From Strigamia acuminata (taxonomy: Eukaryota), in assembly GCA_949358305.1 (NCBI GenBank), contig OX442314.1, positions 15,872,001-15,936,000 on the forward strand: a DNA stretch of 64,000 nucleotides, given 5' to 3'. Under the pieces are notes generated by a model. The model saw only the letters and a list, made by a program, of their open reading frames with translations. It was not told where the DNA came from and did not search any database. The translations under genes were made by a program, and so were the position numbers. Below are positions 39,946 through 54,623 of the stretch, piece after piece (positions within the stretch are counted from its first letter, which is position 1; every line of letters begins with the position of its first letter).

Positions 39946-41735
39946 ATGAAGTGGGTGTTGACAGTTTTAACGATAGTAGTTTATGTCGTCCAAGTTACAA
40001 CAAATGGTAATTATTGTCTTAAAACCATGTCTCATGCTAGTAGTGTGTAACTTTTTTCTTAGAGGAAGAACCACAGGCTTTAGATTTGGATTATGCTAAC
40101 CAGCTGTATCCTGATGATAAAGATGACGACGAAAGTCTCCCTGAAGACGCAGGCTTTGGTAAGAACTATAAATTGTATAGCATGGGCGAAATGCTAACGA
40201 AGTATCAAAATCTGATTATTACTGTTAAATTAATCCTGGCTCGATTGATCTACTTGTATAGTGTTCTATTTTTAGCATTTAGCATTGTGTTTATTTGTAA
40301 ATTGCATTTTCCTTTGATTCCAGCATTTAGCATTTTAACACTTTAAAAGTAGAAGGGTTTTTATTCAATTCGATTCAAATCTTAGTCGATGTTCTATTCT
40401 ATCTGTAACATTCACTAAACTAGGTCGTAGCCCAGTGGATTATTTCCAGTGTTGGGCACGGTACCCCCAACGAGTACCGCGGTACAAGTACGCGGTACTT
40501 GCGCCGGCGGTGAAAAGTATCGCGGTCCCGGTACGCGGTACCTAGTGCGGTACCGCGGTACCGGTATGCGGTATATGCAGCTTCCGCAAAAAGTACCGCG
40601 GTCCCGGTACAGTACCGGTACCGGGATTTTGCGGTACTCTCGCGGTACTTGGGAAAACGCGAGAAAACACGAGATTCTCGTGTTTTCTCCCGTTTTCCAC
40701 TTTTTTTTTAAAAGTTGATGTTTACACTCATTTAAAATGAGTATAAACATCAATAACCATTAAAATCGCATTAAAAGCTTATTAATAATAAACTTTTAAT
40801 GTGATTTTGCCACTCGTCTGCCACCCGAACACCGAACAAATTAACGGGCGGGCGGACGGGTCTTCGGGCAGGGCGGGCGTTTTACCTTGTGCCAGTTCGA
40901 ATCGTAACGTCTCAACGACGTTACGATTTTAGACAACTTTAACGTGGAAAACGGGATAAAACACGTGAATCTCGTGTTTTCTCGCGTTTTCCCGAATACC
41001 GCGAGAGTACCGCAGGGCGCCGAAAGTACCGCGGTACAAGTATCAGATACTTCCGGAGACTGCAAGAAGTACCGCGGTACCGGTACTCAGCTTGAACAAA
41101 AGTACCGCGGTACAGGCTGCGGTACTGTACCGTGCCCAACACTGATTATTTCTAAAAGTAATACAATAATAAAACGTTCCTAATTGGCAAAAGATTCTGT
41201 ACTTACGAAAATTGCGCGTTTTTCTTGAATTTCAATCTCCAAACCACACTATCGCATAAAAGAACTTATTCACACACATATTGCTATAGTTTTGAATGTT
41301 CAGCGTGCGGTGATGCTTTTTGGTGTTTGTGGAACTTGTGGTGCCTTGAGGGATAGTTTGGAGCATTAATTATTATTTTTTCTCATTACTATTATTTATT
41401 TCTTTTTAGTAACAAAAGCATGGTGTAGAATACGATGTTTAGGAAGCAAATGCTGTGGAAAAGGAGCTTGTCAATGCCAGACTGACGAAAACAATAATTT
41501 AGCGCCAAACTCAGGATCCTTCGGATCTCAGCCAGGATATATGGGACCGCAGCCGGGGTATAGGGGATCTCGGCCGGGACGTATGGAACCTCGACCTAGG
41601 TATATGGGACCTCCCCCGGGGTTTATGGGACCTCCCCCGGGGTTTATGGGACCTCCCCCGGGGTTTATGGGACCTCCCCCGGGGTTTATGGGACCTCCGC
41701 ACCTTCGTGGGCGTATGGGCCGTGGGCCCCCATAG
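39946..41735 (+). CDS. Secreted Cys-rich plus Pro/Gly-rich peptide precursor, copy B (182 aa; exons 39946-40006, 40063-40158, 41290-41355, 41410-41735)
   Basis: Same splice sites as copy A; all 8 Cys kept; (GPPPGFM)x4 expansion; MITE lies in intron 2. Confidence 0.75.
40447..41144. mobile_element. hAT-type MITE, copy 2 (698 bp)
   Basis: Same TIR; 8-bp TSD ATTATTTC at 40439-40446 and 41145-41152; the empty site with a single ATTATTTC is at 32716-32723 in copy A. Confidence 0.97.
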
Positions 41736-42358
41736 GAAGCCCTGGATGGTTGAGGGTCGCTAAAATAAATGTGGCATACAATTTTACAAAACTTAATTTC
41801 TGTTTTCGTTTGAAAATAATAATAATAATCTTGGAAATATAATCGGGCAAATATATATACATATATTTATTTTTCTTAAAAAAATAATAGTATAGTAATG
41901 TATGAACATCAGAAAATGCATCAGATGTTAATTGTATTTAGGCTGGATAAAATTAATAAATGAAATAAATTGAATGTTCTGAAGTAAAAAGCAGTGTCCT
42001 AGTGTCGTTATTAAAAAATGTGTCCAATGTCTTGGTTACGTGGAAGAAAAAATAAATTTGAACTTTGGTAATCTCCGAATCTAAAGGTCGATTCAAGATT
42101 CGTTTATAAGTGTGAAATCGATCTGTAATAGAGATAATAAGTCTTAACTTACACACTTTTTTTCCATTTGAATTACCCGCTAATTTTAATACAGTATTCT
42201 GTGTTTATAAAACGCCTTGTTTCGTGTAAACGAGAAACGAAATATCACACTCTATGACGTCACATTGAAAATCATTTAGCAGCTGAACATTTCAAGGACG
42301 CGAGTTAATAAAAAATTGTCGTGTTGATTTTCCAAGTTTTTCTGGTATTTATTTCATT

Positions 42359-43695
42359 ATGTTATACAAGTTAGTTTATAATTGCCATCTCAAGCCGTTA
42401 CAGGTAATGGAAATGGGCAAATCTCAGAAATAAAAACAAATTTAATATACATTTTTCGCTACAGATGATACGGACATTAAGTACGAGTTTAGTCGCTGTT
42501 AATGATGTCAATGGGATTAGACGAATTGTTTTAAACAATCCAGCAAAAAGGTGTGGTATTCATTTCAAATATTACATTAAGGTAATTTATCAATTCTGTC
42601 TCACAGAAATGCATTATCTCTGGCGATGTTAAAAGAACTAAAAGAAAGCTTAACTCAAAACACACATGAAACAAAATGTATCATTTTGAGCGGAAAAGGA
42701 CCAGCGTTTTCTGCAGGACACGATTTAAGTGAATTGGTAAGTTTTGATGATTGGGTAAATTTTTGTACAAAATAAAATAGAAAGCATATATCAAAGACAT
42801 CAGCCACAGGAAAAGAGCATCATGAATTAATATTTGCTACTTGTACCGACGTTATGGCAACAATCAGTAAATTACCGATACCTGTTATTGCTCAAGTAAA
42901 TGGTAAAAAGAATATGACATTATTATTACTTTATTATTATTATTATGATTATTTAAACTAGGAATAGCAGCAGCTGCGGGTTGTCAATTAGCAGTTTCTT
43001 GCGATATTGTAATCGCAACTGAGAAATCCACATTTTCGACACCAGGGTATTGTTATTAATATTAATCAACACTTTTTGCGTTATTTATTGAAACCATGTG
43101 TTCAGAGTGAGTGTTGGCTTGTATTGTTCAACCCCTGGAGTCGCCGTTTCTCGAGCTGCGACTAGAAAGGTTTCTAGTTACATGCTCATGACGGGTTTAC
43201 CAATTTCTGCTCAAGGTAAAAAAAAAAAACAATTATAAACACTGGTAGTACCATTTAGTCGAAGTATTGTAATACCATTTAGAAGCGTTGCATTGCGGAC
43301 TAGTCAGTAAAATTTGTCCGGAAGAAAAATTAGAGGAAGAGGTGATTTTGAAAGATTTAACGTTAATTTGTTTTGTGAAATAATAAATATTTAATTCTTT
43401 AATTTTAAGACTGCAAAGATAGCCAATGCAATTTGTTCAAAAAGCAGATCCGTTTCGTTATTGGGAAAACGATTTTATTATAACCAAATTGAGCAAGACA
43501 TTTCGTCAGCTTACAGGTCAGAAATATTTCATACTTAATGACAAGGTACCACTAAAAATAATATCTTAATTCATTAGTGATGCGGAGGCGGTAATGGTTG
43601 ACAATTTAAGATACGAAGATGCACAGAGGGGAATTAAAGCATTTTTAGGGAAGAAGGTGCCGGAGTGGACCGACACTGATGACAAAGTACATTAA
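42359..43695 (+). CDS. ECHDC3: Enoyl-CoA hydratase domain-containing protein 3 (not in ORF track; small exons)
   Basis: Spliced translation LNNPAKRNALSLAML, FSAGHDLSEL, PVIAQVNGIAAAAGCQL, FSTPGVSVGLYCSTPGVAV; stop 43693-43695. Confidence 0.9.
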
Positions 43696-43945
43696 AAACA
43701 TACAATGAAATAATGCACCAATAAAAAGAACATTTTTCTCAAATCACTGGCATTTAATACACTCATTATTTGGCTCGGGAGATTTTTGTGGAATTGTTAC
43801 ATGAATTTTAAGGTCAATGTAAAAATGGAATGATACAAAATAAGAAAACAATGCCTCGGTTAAAGGCATATTATTTGTAACAATTTTTAATAGCGCCTGT
43901 TTTAAGTATCAACGTATCAAAATTGTAAACTTTTTGATGGAAAAA

Positions 43946-46940
<2,995 letters not shown>

Positions 46941-47893
46941 GATTGCTGTTTAATCTGCAAAGTGACAAAAAGTTTTTTCGTAAAATTTGTTAATTCAAAA
47001 TAAAAACTTTTACTTTCACTACCTTTACCTTAACCCAAAGAGTTAGATTAGTCATAAAAATTAAGGATCGCATTGCTACTGATTTTTTAAGGAAAACATG
47101 TGGAATACCCGCTTATAACTTATGCCGCGTGGCATTGAAAGTACGCACACCATGTCAAAAACAATATCCCTTGTTTTAAATACTAAAACATAATAGAAAT
47201 AATTGTGCATTTAGTTACCGATTTGAATTTGCAAATTTTTTCTTCAATAGAGAAACTAAACTAAATATAATGTGCCTTTTTCAGCCAAACTACCGGCATC
47301 AGAGTCAGACATTAGTATCTACTCCACCAAGTTCGCTATCAGATCCAGCAGATCATGTTCTGTAGTTGTGTTTTCGCCACCACTGGTGATTTTGTTTAAC
47401 TAAAATGTTTTTTGTCAGAACGCTTTTACAATAAGATTTTATTACTGTATTTATTTTGTATCGTGGTTTTTTTTATTTTAGTTTTAATTTTTCAAAAAAA
47501 ATATTTTTCGTTGTGTTTGCAGAAGAGCAAGAATCTAAAGTTGATTGATTAGTCATTTGAAGAAATGTGCCGCCACTGGATTGGCTATTTGCTTTTAATT
47601 AGTGCACGTTTTATTCACTAGGGAATTTGATGGCGCTGTTTGCAGTTTGATTTTGCGCCTGCCGAAAGCATTGTTCGTCCGGTAACGGCAAGGCCTCGCA
47701 AGGTAAATGAGAAATTCGCCTTGTTGTTGAAAAGATTAAAGTAATTAAGCGATTAAAACTGAGAAAATAAGATGCATTTAAGCGAAATAAAAATAATGCA
47801 ACTAGTTTTAATAATATAAATCAATCGAGATGTGAATAATAGCACTTGATGTACGCATTTCAGATTGATTATCATCAGCAACTAGCATCGGCA

Positions 47894-50800
47894 ATGGGAG
47901 ACAGCGATGACGATTACGACAGGAGACGAAGAGACAAATTTAGAAAAGAACGAAGTGATTATCAAGATAGACGCGGCGATGACAGGGGAAGGCGAGGAGG
48001 CGATGAATGGATTGACAGGTTGCTTGGAAATTCATCAACAAAAAGTTGTTTTTGTTTACCGAATAATTTTGTTTTCGTACCCTAGTCGTCGTGACAGAAA
48101 TCGCAGAGAATATCGAGATTACGATCCACGGAAACGTGACCGATACAGTCCACCGAGACACGAAGTGAGCCCTCCAATGAAAAGAATGAGGAGAGACTGG
48201 TAAGATGAAAATTAGACGTGCAATTGCAAAATTTTTATGATTTTGTATTCTTTCAGGGACGATCGTAACAGTTATCCAACGTACGATATGGGATACGGTG
48301 GAGGTGCAAATGCGGGAGGAGGCGCAGGAGGAGGAGGAGGAGGTGGCGGTGGTGGCGGCGGCGGAGGAGGAGGCGGCGGCGGTGCTATGATGGCCACACA
48401 TCAAAACTGGGGTCCACCAATGGATGTTACGCCCGTTCAACATGGATATGGTGGAGGACCTGGAAATATTCCGCGGTTAAATTTTGTTAATTTTAATTTA
48501 AAATCTTTTTTTTTTTTATTAAAAACATTGAATTTACTCGTTGATATAATGTTAAATATTATTATCTTTACAGCGAACAAGATCATGGTCCCACGCAACC
48601 ACCCGTAATGACTTTTAAACAGTTTTTAGCATCACAAGACGACACTATAAGTGACGAGGAAGCGGTGAAAAAATATAACGAGTATAAATTGGAATTTCGT
48701 CGTCAGCAGCTGAATGAATTTTTTCTCAGTCATAAGGAAGAAGAATGGTACATAACTTTCTTGATGAATGAATTGTTTTATTTTATAAAAAAAAAAAAAA
48801 ATTGTTAGATATTTATTGAATCCTTTAAAGTTTTTACTGATTTTAATAAAACACTGCCTAATAATATCTAAATTTCTATTACCGGCAGTGTTTTATTGAA
48901 TTCTTGCTGTTAATATTTATTTTATTTTTGTTATTGTTATTGTTTTGTTTTTACCCCTTACAAACCAACAGTTTCAGGGTTTTATGCAGTGTGGTGTTTA
49001 TTCAGCCACATACTGTTCTCTCGTCCAAACCTTCAATCCTCCACGTTAGTCAGGGTTCACTGCGCACAATGCAGTGTAGCTTTTTTAGTTGTAAGGTCTA
49101 GTTTAGAAAAGATGGGAGGATTTATTTTCTGCGCAATATTTTGGGATCAGGAAGAAGGAGGTGAGACACATTGATTTCCTGAAACTGTGACATCTGCAGA
49201 CTGGTAATGGTTCAAACTTGACTTGATTATTTTTAAATATTACTTTGATTATTTTCGTAGATTTTTAAAAAAATGCAAGACATACTTGGGTGCTAAAACT
49301 AAATTATAAAAAAAACATAGTAGTAAAGATAAATAATATTAATATTTTTTTAGTTAATAATTTTTATATATTATTTTTAAGTTGGAGATTTGTTTGTAAT
49401 CAATGATCAAACATTGCTTCGTTATTAATAGGTTTAAATCAAAGTATCATCCGGAAGAATGTGGCAAAAGACTTACGGACCAAATGAGTGGTTTGAAAAA
49501 ACGTTTGCAAGTGTTTATGGAATTGATGGAAAAAAATATGATGGATGTTTCAATTGATGCTGATAAATCTGACGAAATTGTTAAAATTTTGGATGCAGGT
49601 GAGAATTTTTGCTTAAATAAAGTTTATGTTTACACACCGGTAATTTTTTCTCTCTCTTTTTTTTTTTTAGTTGTTATTAAATTGGAAGGTGGAAATGATT
49701 TGGATTTAACAATTCTGGATCAAAGTCCAGAAGAAATTGAAAAGCTTGAAAAAAAGCATCAAGAGCACCAACTTTTGGAAGCCGCTTTTGCTGCAGCAAA
49801 GAAGTAAAATTTCTAGATTTTTTTATTTTATACTTAAATTTTTTTATCGTTCTTTTTTAATAGAGAGGAATCATCTAAAAAGAAGGAAAAGTCGAAAGAT
49901 CCATCTAAAAGAAGTAAGAAGAAGAAGAGACACAAGTACGATGAAAATGAAGAAAGTGCGAGTGATTCGGAAAGCGAATCCGATGCAGTGCCCGGCCCCG
50001 GTACGTTGAATGATATTCATTCTTAAAATGTCAATTGGCGTCTAATATTGAAATTTATAGAAAACACTTCGAGGGATGCGTCGTTCAAGGAAGACAATAA
50101 CAGTTTAGATGCAACGAAGCAGAAATCCGAAGAAAATGTTAAAGAAGAAGGTGAAACGAGTGACGTCAAGCCGAAGAAACCATCGAGCCCAGTTGACGAA
50201 AACATGAAAGATGTGTCTGCAGATACGGCGAAATCAAATGATGCGCCGATTGAACCAGAAGACAACAATAATCTTGAACCCAGGCCACTTCACAGGACTT
50301 GTTCAATATTTTTAAGGAATCTAGCCCCGACTATAACGAAGCAAGAAGTCGAAGCAGTAAGACTCGGATGTTTGGTTGCCTGGAAAATGGTTAATTCTAT
50401 TAATTTCTATTAATTTCTACAGATGTGTAGAAGATATTCGGGTTTTCTGCGAGTTGCGATTGCAGATCCTCAGCCTGAACGGCGCTTTTTAAGACGCGGT
50501 TGGGTTACATTTGAACGTGGGGTAAACATAAAGGAAGTATGCTGGAATCTCAACAATATTCGAGTAAGTATTGAAAAAAAATATATCTGGTTCTGAGGTT
50601 GAATTTTAATATTGCCAACTGTTTTAGCTTCGAGATTGCGAACTCGGTGCGATCGTTAATCGCGATTTGACACGTCGCATTCGCTCAGTCAGTGGGATAG
50701 CGTCGCACAAACAAGTGGTCCGTGCGGACATTAAACTTGCTGCTAAAATTATTCAGAATTTTGATAGTCGTCATGAATTGTGGACGGAAGAAAAGGACGG

Positions 50801-52586
50801 GCAAGAAAATACTATCGCGGTTCGCTTTTATATTAATTTTTTTTTAAAAAGAAATTTTTATTTATTTTGGGTGTTAAATTGCAGAGTTTCGGGCTTATTT
50901 CGAAAAATCCGCTTCTGAAAAACATCACTGATTATTTGATTGAAGAAGCAAATGCGGAAGAGGAGGAACTTCTTGGTATGAGCGGCCAGGATGAAAAATC
51001 TAAAGATGAAGAAGGCGATACGACCGTTGAACGGGACGATGCTCTAATTAAAGTAAATTTTGCCATTAAAACTTTCTGAAACTTGCTAAAGCTTAATAAA
51101 ATGACGAAATTTTATTTAGGTTGCCGATCGTCTGCTACTGTATTTGCGCATAGTTCATTCTATCGATTACTACAATCACAGCGACTATCCCAATGAAGAT
51201 GAAATGCCAAACCGTTGTGGTATAATGCATGCTCGTGGGCCGCCACCCAACAGCAAAGTGACTCAACAAGAATGTAAATCCCTTTTATCATTTCACATAA
51301 AGGTTTATTTATTTAACTTTTAACTTTTTATTTATAGTGAATGAATATGTATCAACATTCGAACAGAAAATTAATCCATTTTTACAGCCGCTGACAAAAT
51401 TAAATGTTGACGATGCACTCAAATTGGGGAAGAAAGACCCCGAAGCGTATCCTTTGACATACTATTTGCATTAATGAGATAAGTTGTAATGTCATCTTTA
51501 ACAGCGGGTTTAGAGAAGTAGAAAAATTCATTCAAGCCAACACGCAGGAATTGGCCAAAGATAAATGGTTGTGCCCGTTAAGTGGGAAGAAATTTAAGGG
51601 CCCCGAATTTGTACGGAAACACATTTTTAATAAGCATGCAGAAAAGATCGAAGAAGTGAAAAAAGAGGTAATGTTTCGAATTGTAATGACGGTAATGATG
51701 ATTTATTTTAAAATATTTCTAAAATTGAATTTTTTAGGTTGAATTTTTCAATAACTACCTTTTGGACCCTAAACGACCGCAATTGCCGGAGCATCCAGGC
51801 AATAAAACTCAAGGAAACATGGGTTTTGCTGGAAATCGAGGCGATGCATATCCGGTCCAGCCACCGAATTTCATGCCGACACCTCAGTATGGCTATTCGG
51901 GATACGGTCAGCAAGGATCGCGCGGACACATGGCTCAAAGTCACATGGGTAGTGCGGGAAATCAAAGTATTTAAATAATATATTTGCGAGTTATTTGATC
52001 TAAATGTGTTGTGTCTGTATTTCTAGGTGGAATGTATTCCGCATCTGGTAATTACCGTAGTAATTACAACGAGTCTTTTCACCGTTCCAGTGGCTATTAT
52101 CAGAAACGCGGCCGGTAAGTCGATTGCTCGATTGTTATTCTAATTACGTGAGTTAGTTAATGAGCACAGATTAATGAATGGGAAATAACTTTTATTTTAT
52201 CTTTCTTGAATTTAGATGTGCATCTTAAATCATACCGAGTTAACTTTACGCTTTAATTTTTTCTCATGTTTAGCCGTCAAGATCCCCGAGAAATTATAGG
52301 TTACAGCGACCTGGATGCACCCGACGATGCTGATCAGTTTTAGAATGCTTGGTAATAATTTCTTACAAGAGGAAGGGAACGCACGAGTTTCTTAGTTAAT
52401 TGAAAAAAAATATTAAGTGTAAATGTTTTGTTTGAGGATTAGCAAACGAGTGTTTTGTTATGAATTCTTTTTTATTAGTTTTGATTCGATTTACAAGGCT
52501 CTTTTGTTTTTAGGGCTGGCCGTAACGATCGTCGACAGCTGGTGGATTATTGCGATTTGGATGCGCCTGATATTAACGGTTTTTAA
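47894..52586 (+). CDS. SRRT: Serrate/ARS2 RNA effector; alternative last exons 52274-52343 or 52514-52586
   Basis: [38 protein letters not shown] (RRM), [24 protein letters not shown] (zinc finger), DLDAPD C-terminus. Confidence 0.96.
48297..48385 (+). repeat. Coding GGN repeat (poly-Gly tract) in SRRT
   Basis: Mixed GGA/GGC/GGT codons, about 20 consecutive Gly. Confidence 0.9.
51447..51513 (+). other. U12-type GT-AG intron in SRRT
   Basis: 5' site GTATCCTTT; branch TCTTTAAC 11 nt before the intron end; removal restores KKDPE-A-EVEKF. Confidence 0.88.
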
Positions 52587-52792
52587 AAGTTCTTTTTGTG
52601 TTTCCTCAAATTTGTAAATTCATTTTTTCATTATATAATTGCAATAAGACATTACTTAACATTAAGTATACATTTATCAATATTCATGTAAACGAAGCAA
52701 GTATTTCTGTATAATCGTGTTATACACAATGTACAATTATTATTAAAAAAAAAAACGTATATGAAAGTTTTTATTTTCTTTAATTTTTTTTT

Positions 52793-53882
52793 TCAACTCT
52801 CAATCCACTTGACCACCATCTTGGCCACTTCTACACTCGATTGCAAAACAAACGCGTGATCTATATTTTTATCGCATAACTTAATATCTGCTAAGGGGAA
52901 AAGTTCTTTAACTTTTTCGTAATAAGAAACCGGACACCAACTGTCGGTGCATCCATAGTAAAAAATCAACTTTGATAAATTACTTTTGATTAATTGAACG
53001 TTTAACTCTTTAACCGATTCCATTTCGGTTTTTGCCATATACATCCATTTGTTTGTGCAGTGCACATCGAGCACGTTCAAACTTGCTGCGAATGCGCAAG
53101 GAGGTATTGACCAACGGTTACCTTGCGTTAGATTACTAACGTGCCGGAAATAAAATTCCAACAAATTGTATTGCATCGGAGTTGAAAGATAGGATAGAAA
53201 ATACACGAAAATTAATATAAATGGGCGAAAATAAGTGAGCGTTGGCCAAGCCCATTTGCCGTTTGGTGAATCAGCTAAACGTTCAATAGTTGGAAATAAT
53301 AATATTGACTTGAGAACTCGGCTTTTTGGAAGCGAATTCATTAAGTGTAAACTGATGTAGCTGCCAATGGAATGTCCAATAAGAATAAGTGAAATATTGT
53401 CGTGTAAATAATCTTCTATGAATAATAACTTGTGTTTAAGTTGTGCATTAAGGGAATACAAATGTTCATTTTCTGCAGGTGAAGAATAAAATATTATGTA
53501 GCAGCAATTGTTTATGCTTTTTAACTAGAAAGCGCTCACCACTTAATTTTGGAATCCTGTACTTATCGGGCACCTTGACATGCCCCGCGTGTGAAATGCC
53601 AATTACCATGTGCTTGCGGTCTAGTTGCTCGAAAATCGTTTCCATAAATAGTTGGTAATATTCAATCATGCCTGGATTTCCTGTAAAATTCATTTTTCGA
53701 GTAAAATTCATTATCAATTCAATTCATTTGATTTCTAACAAACCTGGAATAACTAAAATAACAATTTTCTTTTCTTTCACATCATGTAACGTGTCCAACC
53801 AACCTCCGTACGTAATAATGTGTGTTGGAACTTCATTGATGGTTATATAGCCGTCATGTCGATGATTTTTCTTCAAATTCAT
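52793..53882 (-). CDS. LDAH: Lipid droplet-associated hydrolase
   Basis: IPGNPG, SHAGH, GHSIG nucleophile elbow, LFPTIER, DSWCP, HAFV. Confidence 0.92.
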
Positions 53883-54623
53883 TCTATTATGTATTAAAAA
53901 ATATAGAACGATAAATTGTTAAAACGTCACGCCATGGTAAGTGAGTAACAAAATTATTTTGCCTTCTAGTTTTCTCCGTCGTTTCACTTGGAAGGAAGTG
54001 AAGGGTCCAAAAAGCAACGCATGAGCGCGGTTTGTCCTCATTTGTGGCGTAAAGAAACGTGAGTAGACTTTGTTGCGTGAAATGAGCAAAAAAAAATTGT
54101 CATTTATATTTTTTTTTGGGTGTTTTCATAATTTTATTTGAGAGATCACATACTGAAATTTGCGTCAAATTTCTAGCAAGTGATAATTAATTTTTACTTT
54201 TACGTGTTGCAGCTTATTTACAGCAGATGGCGACGCGACACTTTCACCAGGAAGTCCACTTACTTTAATTTCAAAGATTATTTATGATGTATTTATCTGT
54301 TCTCTATCTGTGATACGAGGATTATGTTTCGAGCAAAAACTATTTAGAAGTGAGGGCAGTGTGTGTTGCTGCAGTTCAGAAACAATTTAGTTGACGACAG
54401 TGGTTTCTTTTTTTGATATTATCAACTGTTTATTTTTTTAACGTTCCATTTTTAAATTTCAATCTTTTTTTTTTTTTTTATTAAATCCATGACAGCTTCA
54501 TTCAAGAAAGGAAATTTGCCATAGTACAAATTTCTACAAGCATTACATCTGAGGCGTTATTTAACCGCTGATACTGTTCCTCATCTTTATCTAAAAAATA
54601 AAAATATTTTCCAGTTTCACACT

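Larger units (their letters stand above)
38524..41976 (+). repeat. Segmental direct repeat, copy B (with MITE and expanded tandem repeats)
   Basis: Colinear with 30925-33485. Confidence 0.95.

Noticed and set aside
30925..41976. The 2.5-kb direct repeats as the LTRs of the gypsy element
   Set aside because: The element has its own 156-bp TG...CA LTR with PBS; the repeats lack LTR termini, contain intron-bearing genes, and one cuts the pol frame.
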